64,000 nt of DNA from a virus. A program made the position numbers and the translations under genes. Below the pieces are notes generated by a model that saw only the letters and a list, made by a program, of their open reading frames with translations, did no database searches and was not told the DNA's origin. Shown here piece by piece: positions 16,688 to 26,492 of this stretch (position 1 is its first letter; every line of letters starts with the position of its first letter). Location of the stretch: positions 32,001 through 96,000 of IMG/VR virus record IMGVR_UViG_3300024346_000017; one strand, 5' to 3'.

Positions 16688-18250
16688 ATGGCAACAGTAA
16701 CAAAAAACTTTAGAATTAAATCTGGCCTCATTGTTGAAGGTACTTCGGGTACGATCAATGGCCAAAACATCCTTACAGAAACAGGTGGAGATAGTTATAT
16801 TCTCAATCTTGTTGGTGGCGCTACTCTTGTAAAATCAGTAGAAGCAACCCAACTTGAAGTAAGCGGAGCTGGAAAACTATCCGTAAAATCTGGCGTATTT
16901 GATGCAGCAGGTGCAGCAGCAGCAGCACAGTCTGCAGCAGAAGCAACTGCATCAGCAGATGCAAGCGCAAAAGCTAGCGCAGCACAATCAGCCGCAACAA
17001 CTGCAGCAGCAACTGACGCTACTACAAAGGTAGCCGCAGAAGCAGCCCTAAGAGTATCAGGCGATGCAGCTTCAGTTTCAACTGCAGCAGCTGACGCAAC
17101 ATCAAAGGCAGCAACTGCTAAGTCAGAAGCAATTTCTGCAGCAGCAACAGATGCAACAGACAAGGTAGCTGCAGAAGCTGCCCTCAGAGTATCAGGCGAC
17201 GCAGCTTCAGTTTCAACTGCAGCAGCTGACGCAACATCAAAGGCTAATGCAGCGCAAACAGCCGCTATCTCTGCAGCAGCAGCAGATGCTACTACAAAGG
17301 CAGACGCAGCAAAGGCTGGAGCAGAAGCAACAGCAGCAGCAGCACTAACATCTGCAATCTCAACAGAGGTTTCAAACCGTAATACAGCAATTGGAGCAGC
17401 AGTAGATTCATTAGTAGACGGTGCACCAGCACTTCTTAATACATTAAATGAATTGGCAGCAGCAATCAATGATGATGCTAACTACACAACAACACTAACA
17501 TCAGCACTTGCTCTCAAAGCTAACTCAGCAGATGTTACAACAGCAATTGCAACCGCTAAATCAGAATCAGCTACAGATGCAACAGACAAGGTAGCCGCAG
17601 AAGCAGCCCTAAGAGTATCAGGCGATGCAGCTTCAGTTTCAACTGCAGCAGCAGATGCAACATCTAAGGCTAACGCAGCTCAAGCAGCAGCTATTGCAGC
17701 AGCAGAAACTGACGCTACAACCAAAGCAGGCGCAGCTCAAGCAGCAGCTATTGCAGCAGCAGCAACTGACGCTACAACCAAAGCAGGCGCAGCTCAAGCA
17801 GCAGCTATTGCAGCAGCAGCAACTGACGCTACTACAAAGGCTAACGCAGCTCAAGCAGCAGCGGAAGCAACTGCAGCAGCAGCCAATACAGCACAGCAAG
17901 CTGGAACAACATCTTTCACAGCATTAAATGTTAACGACCAGGCTAAGCAAATTGCAGCCTCATCAACATCACTTGGATCAGTTATAGTAACTGCTTATGA
18001 GTGGCCAAAGGCAGACTACCGTTCAGGTAAGTTCCTTGTTAAGATTGATAATGCAACACACAATGAAATATCAGAAATTCTAGTAACACTAGACTCATCA
18101 GACAACGTAGCAATTACAGAATATGCAATTGTCGGAACTAATGGATCAAGAGGAACTATTACAGCAGATGTATCAGGATCAAATGTAAGAATAAGAGTAA
18201 ATCCAGTAAATGATTCAACAATCAAAGTATCTGGAACACTTGTTAAATAA
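16688..18250 (+). CDS. Ala-rich coiled-coil fibre protein
   Basis: ADATxKA repeats; GAPALLNTLNELAAAINDD module; strong RBS. Confidence 0.75.
   Translation: MATVTKNFRIKSGLIVEGTSGTINGQNILTETGGDSYILNLVGGATLVKSVEATQLEVSGAGKLSVKSGVFDAAGAAAAAQSAAEATASADASAKASAAQSAATTAAATDATTKVAAEAALRVSGDAASVSTAAADATSKAATAKSEAISAAATDATDKVAAEAALRVSGDAASVSTAAADATSKANAAQTAAISAAAADATTKADAAKAGAEATAAAALTSAISTEVSNRNTAIGAAVDSLVDGAPALLNTLNELAAAINDDANYTTTLTSALALKANSADVTTAIATAKSESATDATDKVAAEAALRVSGDAASVSTAAADATSKANAAQAAAIAAAETDATTKAGAAQAAAIAAAATDATTKAGAAQAAAIAAAATDATTKANAAQAAAEATAAAANTAQQAGTTSFTALNVNDQAKQIAASSTSLGSVIVTAYEWPKADYRSGKFLVKIDNATHNEISEILVTLDSSDNVAITEYAIVGTNGSRGTITADVSGSNVRIRVNPVNDSTIKVSGTLVK
17027..17860 (+). repeat. 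coding direct repeats in Ala-rich fibre gene
   Basis: ~80-bp block (KVAAEAALRVSGDAASVSTAAADATSKA) at ~17027, ~17162, ~17588; 60-bp tandem unit x3 at ~17676-17860. Confidence 0.85.
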
Positions 18251-18264
18251 TTAAATAAAGGTTT

Positions 18265-18289
18265 TGGGGGATTCCTTAAAAATCCCCCA
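18265..18289. terminator. intergenic stem-loop without a clear U-tract
   Basis: TGGGGGATT-ccttaaa-AATCCCCCA. Confidence 0.45.
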
Positions 18290-18320
18290 CAATAAACAAT
18301 TAGGGGATATGTGAACTTAA

Positions 18321-18683
18321 ATGGCAACAGTAGATAAGAACTTTAAAGTAAAGAATGGGTTAAATGTAGCAGGAACTGCAACGTTTGATTCTAATATCGT
18401 ATTAGGAACAGCCCCAATATCTTTTGATACAACAACAAAAAGGCTACAAGTCCAGATTGATGGATCTTGGCAGCCTATAGCTTTGTATTCAGAAATTCCA
18501 AATGAAAACACTATGCTTTCATTTATGGATGTAGGTTTGGCGATTGATTACAATGGCCAGCCAACATATATTATTCAGGCAAATGGAGTTACACCATCAG
18601 GAACAAGCAAGTATGTTTCTGGAGGAGACGCTTCAACTACTGAGTTTGGAATGACCTTTGATTCAGGAGCATTAGTAGCATGA
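18321..18683 (+). CDS. small structural protein; N-terminus related to 16688..18250
   Basis: MATVDKNFKVKNGL vs MATVTKNFRIKSGL. Confidence 0.65.
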   Translation: MATVDKNFKVKNGLNVAGTATFDSNIVLGTAPISFDTTTKRLQVQIDGSWQPIALYSEIPNENTMLSFMDVGLAIDYNGQPTYIIQANGVTPSGTSKYVSGGDASTTEFGMTFDSGALVA

Positions 18684-18744
18684 TGCTTAATTGTAATGGT
18701 TTAAATGCTATAATTTCAATATATCAAATAAAAGGGGTGGCATA

Positions 18745-21225
18745 ATGTCAACAGTAAGAATTCAAGTACGTAGAGGTTTAGCTTCAGAATGGACCGCAGC
18801 AAATCCAGTATTGGCTGCAGGTGAAATGGGTGTTGAAACAAACACTAATTTATTTAAGTTTGGTAACGGGTCTTCTACATGGACTGCCCTTGCATATGCC
18901 AACAACTCAGATGTAGCAATTGGTGAAATTTCCCAAGACGCTATCAACACAGCCCTTACAATGGGTGCAGGTTTAACAAAGACTTATAACGATGGAGCAA
19001 ATACAATAACTATAACTGTTGATACAGATGTAGTTTCAACAAGAGCATTTGCTACAACAGCAGCAGGGACTGCACAGACTGCAGCAGAAGCAACCGCAGC
19101 AGCAGATGCAAGCACAAAGGCTTCAGCAGCACAAGCTGCAGCAATTGCAGCAGCTTCAGCAGATGCAAGCGCAAAGGCTTCAGCAACTCTTGCTTCAGCA
19201 ACCGCAGCAGCAGCAGCATATACAGACTCTGCAGTAAATGGAGTAAATAACTCTCTTTCAGATTACCTAGAGGTAACAGAAAGAGGAGCAATGAATGGAG
19301 TTGCTTCCCTAGACGCAAATGTCAAGGTTCCACAAGCACAGCTTCCTTTAAATACTTTAACAACAAATATTAATACATCAGGAACAGTATCTGCAGCAAC
19401 AGTAATGGCAGAAGATGTAACTTCAAGCGGTGTAGTAACAGCAAACAATGTAACTATTAGTGGAAACCTAACTGTAAATGGAACAACCACATCAGTAAAT
19501 TCAACAAGCGTTACAATTGATGACCCAATGATTTATATTGGCGATGGCAATCAGTCAAACTCACTTGACCTTGGAGTTGTAGCAGCATTTAATGATGGCA
19601 CATACCAGCATGCAGGTCTTGTTCGTGATGCTTCAGATCAAGGAATCTGGAAACTATTCTCAGGAGTAACATCAGAGCCTGGCACAACAGTAGATTTCAC
19701 TACATATACAAAAGATAAGCTAGAACTAGGAACTTTGTATGCAGATGCAGCAAGAATTGGATCAGTTACAAATCTAGAAATTCAGCACCTAGGAGGAGTT
19801 ACTTCACCAATCCAGGCACAGCTTAATACCAAATTGGCTAGCGTACCTGATGATTCTGTTGGAACAGCTAAGATTCAAGCAGCTTCAGTAACTACTGCAA
19901 AAATTGCAGATGGTGCAATTGATACATCTAAAATTGCAGATGTTGCAGTAAGTACTGCAAAAATTGCAGATGGTGCAATTTTAACTGCAAAGCTTGCAGA
20001 TGCTTCTGTAACTTCAGCAAAAATTCCAGCAAACACAATTTCTCAATCACATCTAAATGATGACGCAGTAGGAACTGCAGAAATTGTTGCACTTGCAGTA
20101 ACTACCGAAAAGATTGCAGATGCTGCAGTAAGTACTGCAAAAATTGCAAATTCAGCAGTTACTACTTTAAAAATTGAAGATCTAGCAATCACAAATGAAA
20201 AGATTGCAACAGCAGCAGGAATAGCTCAGTCAAAGATTTCTGGATTAACTGAAGCCCTAGCTACAAAAGCAACAATTGATTCACCAACATTTACTGGTGC
20301 AGTTGTTCTTCCAGCAACAACAACAATCGGTCTAGTTGATGCAACTGAAATGGGATACTTAAATGGTGTTACATCTTCACTTCAAACACAGCTAACAGCC
20401 CTTGGAACAGCAGATTCAACACACGCAGCATTAACTGAAAATGTTCACGGCATTGCAAATACTGCAGCACTTGCAACAATGGCTTACGCTGATACAGCAG
20501 AAGCAGACGCAATTACAGCAGCAGGTACAGCAGCAGATTCAAAGATTGCAACTGCAGTAGCAGCACTTACAAAGTCTTCAGTAGGACTTGCAAATGTTGA
20601 TAATACAGCAGATGCATCAAAGCCAGTCTCTACAGCACAGGCTTCAGCAATCGCAACTGCTAAGTCAGAAGCAATTGCAGATGCAACTTCACAAGTAAAT
20701 GCATTACTAACAGGAGCTCCAGCAGCACTCAATACACTTGATGAGCTTGCAGCAGCACTCGGAGATGATGCAAACTTTGCAAGCACAGTTACTACTAGCT
20801 TAGCAGCTAAAGCACCAATTGCTTCACCAACATTTACTGGAACAGTAACAGTTGCAGCAGCAGGAGTAGCGTTTGCAGATAAGACTCAGACAAAGGCAGG
20901 CGTACCTTCTCTCACATCAATTGCCACAGCAGTTTCAGCAAGCACAACACTAGATGCGCTTGGAACAGATGCAGCAGTAAGAGATTCACTAGTTCCTCTA
21001 TCAGGAGCAGTAAACGTCAGCTTTGAAGCAACAGGAAATGCAAAGTATGAAATCGGTTCTTCAATCAGCTTCTACCAGTCAGCAGGAACTGGTGCTAATA
21101 TAACTGGATCTGGAGTTACAATTCTTGCGACACCAGGTGCAACATTAAGAACAACAAGTTCATCAGTAACAGCCACTAAGGTTGCAGCAACAACATGGTT
21201 GTTAGCTGGAGACCTAAGAGCATAA
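18745..21225 (+). CDS. tail fibre protein with Mtd-N-like N-terminus and decapeptide repeats
   Basis: IQVRRG...NPVLAAGEMGVET; AVSTAKIADG-type repeats; VGLANVDNTAD; GAPAALNTLDELAAALGDD; C-terminal WLLAGDL. Confidence 0.8.
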   Translation: MSTVRIQVRRGLASEWTAANPVLAAGEMGVETNTNLFKFGNGSSTWTALAYANNSDVAIGEISQDAINTALTMGAGLTKTYNDGANTITITVDTDVVSTRAFATTAAGTAQTAAEATAAADASTKASAAQAAAIAAASADASAKASATLASATAAAAAYTDSAVNGVNNSLSDYLEVTERGAMNGVASLDANVKVPQAQLPLNTLTTNINTSGTVSAATVMAEDVTSSGVVTANNVTISGNLTVNGTTTSVNSTSVTIDDPMIYIGDGNQSNSLDLGVVAAFNDGTYQHAGLVRDASDQGIWKLFSGVTSEPGTTVDFTTYTKDKLELGTLYADAARIGSVTNLEIQHLGGVTSPIQAQLNTKLASVPDDSVGTAKIQAASVTTAKIADGAIDTSKIADVAVSTAKIADGAILTAKLADASVTSAKIPANTISQSHLNDDAVGTAEIVALAVTTEKIADAAVSTAKIANSAVTTLKIEDLAITNEKIATAAGIAQSKISGLTEALATKATIDSPTFTGAVVLPATTTIGLVDATEMGYLNGVTSSLQTQLTALGTADSTHAALTENVHGIANTAALATMAYADTAEADAITAAGTAADSKIATAVAALTKSSVGLANVDNTADASKPVSTAQASAIATAKSEAIADATSQVNALLTGAPAALNTLDELAAALGDDANFASTVTTSLAAKAPIASPTFTGTVTVAAAGVAFADKTQTKAGVPSLTSIATAVSASTTLDALGTDAAVRDSLVPLSGAVNVSFEATGNAKYEIGSSISFYQSAGTGANITGSGVTILATPGATLRTTSSSVTATKVAATTWLLAGDLRA

Positions 21226-21245
21226 TTGGAAAATAGGAGAATAAA

Positions 21246-22079
21246 ATGTCAAAAAATATAGGTAATAAAGCCGCCGCACAAGACAACTTCATTGGACCAA
21301 ATGCTCCAACTGGCTTAACTGCAACAAATGTTGGAGCTAACAGAGCATTTAACGATGGGCGTATTGATCTAGCATGGGTTGCACCAACTGGAGCAAATAC
21401 TCCAACATCATATAAGATTATGCGTGGTGGAGCAGAAATTGCAACAGTTTCTCACCCTACAGTAACTTATTCAAATACTGGACTAACATCAGCCACACTT
21501 TACTCTTATACAGTAAGAGCAGCAGATGCTTATGGAACTTCAGCCGATTCAAACGCTGCAACAGCAACAGCAACAACAGTTCCTTCTGCTCCAACAAGTG
21601 CATCTGCAACAGCAGGAGTTAATGCAAACACAGTTCAGTGGGCAGCGCCAGCAACTGGTGGAACTGCAATCACAAACTACTATGTTGTTGGAAATGATGC
21701 AACAACTGGAAATACTACTGGTTTATCTGTATCAATTGCAGATTCTGCAAATACATCTCAATACTATAACGTATATGCAGACAATGCTAATGGAAGATCA
21801 GCTGCATCAAATAACACTAATACTGTTACTACACTTGCACCTACTTTCTTCGCACCACCGTTTTTCCCACCATTCTTTCCACCAAGCTTCTTCGCCCCAC
21901 CAGGGTTCTTTGCCCCACCAAGCTTCTTTGCACCGCCAGTGTTCTTTGCCCCACCAGGGTTCTTTGCACCGCCAGTGTTCTTTGCCCCACCAGGGTTCTT
22001 TGCACCGCCAGTGTTCTTTGCGCCACCAAGCTTCTTTGCGCCACCAACATTTGGCTCACGTTTTATCAGATCGTATTAA
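21246..22079 (+). CDS. fibronectin type III protein with C-terminal (FFAPPx)n repeats and GSRFIRSY tag
   Basis: PNAPTGL...W.AP...Y...YSYTVRA and PSAPTS...WAAPATGG...Y FN3 signatures; Phe/Pro tail. Confidence 0.8.
   Translation: MSKNIGNKAAAQDNFIGPNAPTGLTATNVGANRAFNDGRIDLAWVAPTGANTPTSYKIMRGGAEIATVSHPTVTYSNTGLTSATLYSYTVRAADAYGTSADSNAATATATTVPSAPTSASATAGVNANTVQWAAPATGGTAITNYYVVGNDATTGNTTGLSVSIADSANTSQYYNVYADNANGRSAASNNTNTVTTLAPTFFAPPFFPPFFPPSFFAPPGFFAPPSFFAPPVFFAPPGFFAPPVFFAPPGFFAPPVFFAPPSFFAPPTFGSRFIRSY
21846..22046 (+). repeat. degenerate 18-bp (36-bp higher-order) coding repeat
   Basis: TTCTTTGC(A/C/G)CC(A/G)CCA units encoding FFAPP(G/S/V). Confidence 0.9.
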
Positions 22080-22090
22080 TAATATACAAA

Positions 22091-22120
22091 ACAATAGCAA
22101 GGGGCAACCCTTGCTATTGT
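22091..22120 (+). terminator. stem-loop terminator
   Basis: ACAATAGCAAGGG-GCAA-CCCTTGCTATTGT, 13-bp perfect stem. Confidence 0.7.
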
Positions 22121-22151
22121 GCTATATAAATATAAATGATACAATTTGTAT

Positions 22152-22856
22152 ATGACAAATATAAATGAATCTTTTAGCTTTTCTTCTAAAGAACAGCTTT
22201 TCCCAGGCGTATGGGTTTACAGAAATGTAATTAAGAACGACCTTGATATTATTAATAGGCTCAATGAAATTGGCGAATCTGCCATAAGCGAGAACGATAC
22301 AAGATACGCATGGACGTTTGGCTTTGTTGGGTATAGCGAAAAAAGACCATCATACAGAGACTGTGAAGACATTAAAGTCGGAGAAATTAAAAACCCTAGA
22401 TCTAAAACAGAGCAATTAGTTTCTAGTTTGTGGACAGATTTAAAAAAATCACAGTCCCCAGCTGTTGAAGACTATTGCGGAATGTATAATGTAAAAATGG
22501 ATTACTGGGAAGTAATGAACTGCATCAAATATGGAAAGGGACAACATTTCCAAGAGCATGCAGACCATGGGTTCTCTTATAGCGCTACAGTTTCATTAGT
22601 TGCATACGTAAACGACGACTATGAAGGCGGAAACTTATATTTCCCTAAGCTTAATCTAGATATTAAGCCAAAAGCTGGAGACCTATATATATTCCCATCA
22701 ACATATTTATTTTCACACAGGGCAATGCCAGTTGATTCTGGAATGAAGGTTTCAATTGTAACTATGCTAGATTATAATGATCATGCTCATAGACAAGAGT
22801 TTATGCAGATGAGAGCTAACTGGTTAGAGCAAGACGCACAAGCTGGCAAGAACTAA
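22152..22856 (+). CDS. 2OG-Fe(II) oxygenase, prolyl hydroxylase-like
   Basis: HAD...NDDYEGG...KPKAGD..IFPS...HRA...K; ATG 6 nt after TGATACAAT. Confidence 0.88.
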   Translation: MTNINESFSFSSKEQLFPGVWVYRNVIKNDLDIINRLNEIGESAISENDTRYAWTFGFVGYSEKRPSYRDCEDIKVGEIKNPRSKTEQLVSSLWTDLKKSQSPAVEDYCGMYNVKMDYWEVMNCIKYGKGQHFQEHADHGFSYSATVSLVAYVNDDYEGGNLYFPKLNLDIKPKAGDLYIFPSTYLFSHRAMPVDSGMKVSIVTMLDYNDHAHRQEFMQMRANWLEQDAQAGKN

Positions 22857-22857
22857 A

Positions 22858-23580
22858 ATGTATAATATAGAGGCATACTTTGTTAGAGAAGGGTTTGGCC
22901 AAGTTAGCCCTCTATCAGTAAAGAGAGACTGGATGGATCAAACATTTGACGCACATGCCTATAAGTGTTTCCCAGTCAGCCTAACTAATCAATTGGGTTG
23001 GGGTATATCTTTTCCAGAAGACATATCATTTATTTGGGATGGAATTACAGATAGCAGTCCAGATCATGTAAAAATATTGTCTGGAGAAAAATATGCATAT
23101 GCTGGTAGAGCAAATGCAACAATCAGCTTTAATACTGGAATAATGTTTAAGACTGACGAAAACTCAACTTTAATGTCTATGCCTGTACCCAATCTTTTTA
23201 TTGATGGCGCAACCCCTTTTACTACATTAATCAGTACATCTTTTTATAGAGGAGAGCTACCAGCAGCCTGGATGATAACAAAAGCAAATGAAGTTATAAC
23301 CATTAAAGCTGGAACCCCAGTAATATCAGTAATGCCAATAAATTTAGATTCAATTAATAACTCAGAGATGCAGTTTAAAGAATTATCATCTCTCCCAGAG
23401 CCTTTGTTTGACTCTACAGAATATTCTAATGTTATATATGACTTAAATAGAACCGCAACATGGTCCAATTTTTATAGAGATGCAGTAGATCATTTAAAGA
23501 GAAAAATTGGATCTCACCAAGTAAAGGCAATAAGACTAAAAACAAATAATGATATAATGAATAAAGGAGGAAGCAAATGA
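22858..23580 (+). CDS. DUF6065-like protein
   Basis: RDWMD...HAYKCFPVSLTNQLGW motif; recognised from memory. Confidence 0.6.
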   Translation: MYNIEAYFVREGFGQVSPLSVKRDWMDQTFDAHAYKCFPVSLTNQLGWGISFPEDISFIWDGITDSSPDHVKILSGEKYAYAGRANATISFNTGIMFKTDENSTLMSMPVPNLFIDGATPFTTLISTSFYRGELPAAWMITKANEVITIKAGTPVISVMPINLDSINNSEMQFKELSSLPEPLFDSTEYSNVIYDLNRTATWSNFYRDAVDHLKRKIGSHQVKAIRLKTNNDIMNKGGSK

Positions 23581-24251
23581 AACCATCAAACGACTGGGGC
23601 AATAATGCTCCTATATCTATAACCCCCTCTGGCTTTTTTGGAAACTCTTCTTCCAATATTATAGAAATTAAAGACTTCCTTTCTTTGGCGGAAAGAGAAA
23701 GACTTATGGACTTTGCTTTAAACAATAAAATTTGGGATATAACAGAAACTCATCGTGATGCAGACGGACTAGTTTTATATGATCATAAAATTTGGGAAGA
23801 CAGAGTATGTACTTATAACTCTCTTATGGCATCCGATCCAGGCATACTTGAGCTTATCTACAGTATGATCGATAGATTAAAAATAGAAGTAGATGCATTT
23901 TTTAGTGTAGATGCAAAAGAAACTGGTCCAGCAATTGTTCGTTGGCCTGTTGGCGCAAGACAAGAACCCCATGCAGATAAAGAATTTCATGCTGGTCCAG
24001 AAAAAGGAAGGGCTAACGATTTCCCATGGTATGATTTAGCTGGATTATTTTATTTTAACGATGACTATGAAGGAGGAGAACTTTATTTCCCTCAGCATGG
24101 CATTGAGTTTAAACCAGTTGCAGGAGCAGCATATTTTTTCCCAGGCGATATGAATTATACGCATGGAGTCCGCCCAGTAAAGTCTGGGAATAGGTTTACA
24201 TCACCATTTTTTTGGACTATAAAAAAACATACAGGAGAAAAACAGCCATGA
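23577..24251 (+). CDS. 2OG-Fe(II) oxygenase, prolyl hydroxylase-like
   Basis: HAD...NDDYEGGELYF...HGV...R. Confidence 0.88.
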   Translation: MKPSNDWGNNAPISITPSGFFGNSSSNIIEIKDFLSLAERERLMDFALNNKIWDITETHRDADGLVLYDHKIWEDRVCTYNSLMASDPGILELIYSMIDRLKIEVDAFFSVDAKETGPAIVRWPVGARQEPHADKEFHAGPEKGRANDFPWYDLAGLFYFNDDYEGGELYFPQHGIEFKPVAGAAYFFPGDMNYTHGVRPVKSGNRFTSPFFWTIKKHTGEKQP

Positions 24252-25066
24252 GTAAATTAGAATATGTAGAGCTTTATCCAAAAGTAGATATCTATAGAAA
24301 TGTTTTAAAAGACCCAAACCAGCTATATGCAGTAATGAATGAATCTGAAAAGACATCAGAAGGAAAGTACTTTTTAAAAACATGGGATCCGTGGGCGCAC
24401 TTTGGAACATACACACAAAAAAAGGACCCAAGAGAAGTTTCTGCTGAAATTCAAAAAGAAGAGATGTTTATTAAAGAAAAACAATTTGTTGAAGAAGTTG
24501 AAGAAGCTTACAACAAGGTTGTATTAGATTATGTAGAAAGACACGGCATTGATTTGCCAGACGGATGGCATTTTAGTGGTTGCTCCTATTCAAAATATCA
24601 CGCAAACATTGATACGCTAAATAATAGCATGACAATGCAATATCATACAGACCATATAACCTCTCAAAAAGATATGCCTGGAGATAAGTTTTCTATAACA
24701 TGTACCATGTACATTAATGATGATTATGAAGGCGGAGACATTGAGTTTTATGTTGATGGAAATCTTATTAATCACAAGCCTCAAGCAGGAGACATTTTGG
24801 TTTTTCCATCTACAGAGCCATATTTTCATGGAGTAAAAACAATTAACACTAATGAAAAATTCTTTGTCAGAAACTTTATTATGACTCCACACAATGGCAC
24901 AGAAGAATGGCTTGCGAATCAAAGAAAATTTGGTGCTTACAGATGGGCAAAAATGGAACAAGAAAGAATAGACCACGACGATAAAAGAAATATGGTTTAT
25001 TTTGCAGACGGCAAGCCTATATCATACGAAGACTATATGAGCACAAACAAGGGCAAAGGTAAATAA
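24248..25066 (+). CDS. 2OG-Fe(II) oxygenase, prolyl hydroxylase-like
   Basis: HTD...NDDYEGG...FPS...HGV...K; start revised to ATGA overlap at 24248. Confidence 0.88.
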   Translation: MSKLEYVELYPKVDIYRNVLKDPNQLYAVMNESEKTSEGKYFLKTWDPWAHFGTYTQKKDPREVSAEIQKEEMFIKEKQFVEEVEEAYNKVVLDYVERHGIDLPDGWHFSGCSYSKYHANIDTLNNSMTMQYHTDHITSQKDMPGDKFSITCTMYINDDYEGGDIEFYVDGNLINHKPQAGDILVFPSTEPYFHGVKTINTNEKFFVRNFIMTPHNGTEEWLANQRKFGAYRWAKMEQERIDHDDKRNMVYFADGKPISYEDYMSTNKGKGK

Positions 25067-25067
25067 C

Positions 25068-25820
25068 ATGGAAAGAAATATGATTATAACTAGACACAAG
25101 CCAGATATCGTACAGTATGATAATTTTTTAACTCCAGATGAGTGTAAATCTATCATAGATGTTTTGGCCATCAAAATGGAAAAGGATCAACTTAGATGGA
25201 TGCCAATTTCATTTTATGAATCATATTCATCTGGAACCCCAGAGCTAAATGATCCAGATACAATTGCTTCTGGTCTTCCAGGAGATTTTTTTCAAGACTT
25301 AAGACAGAGAGTTATAAACGCAACTGCAGATATGGCTGGTAAATCTCCAGAACAAATGTCTCAAATAAGCTGGCACTCTCAAAGATGGGCACCAGGAGCA
25401 TTTGCAAATATGCATTCTGATAACACATCTAATGATGGTGTATCTGGTGCATTTACTAGAAGCAGATATGCAACATTCCTTTATTTAAATGACGACTTTG
25501 AAGATGGTGTTTTAAACTTTAAACATGGGCTTACAATTGTTCCTAAGACGGGAACCCTTGTAACTTTTGCTGGAGGATTTGATAACATGCATGAGGTTAC
25601 AACTGTCAAAAAGTCTATTCGATATACCCTTGGTTCATTTTGGGACGATAGAGAAGAAAGCGATTATCCGCAAGAAGTAAGAGATGCTTGGGCGGAAGAG
25701 CTTGCAAAAGTCAGAGCAATTCAAAAAGATGAGGCAGCAGAATGGGAAGATTATAGAAAAAGAGGAGTAAGAATAACTCCACGAGGAGAACAATACCCAG
25801 CTTCTGAAGTGGAAGGCTAA
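25068..25820 (+). CDS. 2OG-Fe(II) oxygenase, prolyl hydroxylase-like
   Basis: DNFLTPDEC; HSD...YLNDDFEDG...HEV...RY. Confidence 0.88.
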   Translation: MERNMIITRHKPDIVQYDNFLTPDECKSIIDVLAIKMEKDQLRWMPISFYESYSSGTPELNDPDTIASGLPGDFFQDLRQRVINATADMAGKSPEQMSQISWHSQRWAPGAFANMHSDNTSNDGVSGAFTRSRYATFLYLNDDFEDGVLNFKHGLTIVPKTGTLVTFAGGFDNMHEVTTVKKSIRYTLGSFWDDREESDYPQEVRDAWAEELAKVRAIQKDEAAEWEDYRKRGVRITPRGEQYPASEVEG

Positions 25821-25821
25821 T

Positions 25822-26472
25822 ATGCAAAACGATGTTGATTTTAAACAATTTACAATGTTTAACGTACACGCACTAGACCCAAATATTTGGTATTGGGAAA
25901 ATGTTCTTAGCTATCCAAAAGAATTAAATAGCTTTATAGAAGAAATAGATTCTATTCCAGAATCATATTCAAGAATTTCAAAATGGGAAAACTGGTCTGC
26001 AAGTAATGATGAGTCTTTAATTTATGGCGCAACAAAAAATATATTTAGATCTAAGCTAAAAGAAACTACTGGCTCTGACGCAGTTGATAAAAAAACATTG
26101 TACATTGCAAACAGCTTTATCATGGCAGCTGAAATGTGCTCAGATAGGTATTTTGCGAGTCACGGATTAGATAAAAATAATTACAATTTAGAAATAAATC
26201 AAATTCCAATTAAAAAATGGAATCAAGGACAATCAATGGGCCCACACTTTGATGGTCAAGATGGAAATAAAGACTTAGCCTTCTCTCTTGTAACTTATAT
26301 AAATGACGACTACGAAGGTGGAGAAATTCATTTTCCAAATCAAAATGTTACGTTAAAGCCAGCAGCTGGAAGCTTAATAATGTTTCCATCTCAAGAGCCA
26401 TATATCCACGAAGTAAAACCTATTATTTCTGGAACAAGATACATGAGTCCAGCACACGTATATATTAAATAG
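25822..26472 (+). CDS. 2OG-Fe(II) oxygenase, prolyl hydroxylase-like
   Basis: HFD...NDDYEGGEI...FPS...HEV...RY. Confidence 0.88.
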   Translation: MQNDVDFKQFTMFNVHALDPNIWYWENVLSYPKELNSFIEEIDSIPESYSRISKWENWSASNDESLIYGATKNIFRSKLKETTGSDAVDKKTLYIANSFIMAAEMCSDRYFASHGLDKNNYNLEINQIPIKKWNQGQSMGPHFDGQDGNKDLAFSLVTYINDDYEGGEIHFPNQNVTLKPAAGSLIMFPSQEPYIHEVKPIISGTRYMSPAHVYIK

Positions 26473-26492
26473 ATAGGTGGTATAATAAAAAA

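Noticed and set aside
16795-17927. Ala-rich antisense, poly-Gln and poly-Cys ORFs
   Set aside because: Alternate-frame readings of GCA-rich repeats in the fibre gene
11781-21225. Diversity-generating retroelement suggested by Mtd-N-like domains
   Set aside because: No reverse transcriptase in the window and no TR/VR pair differing at adenines; the paired C-terminal tags differ at synonymous positions of all base types
21526-22155. 209-aa overlapping ORF
   Set aside because: Out-of-frame shadow of the FN3/FFAPP gene
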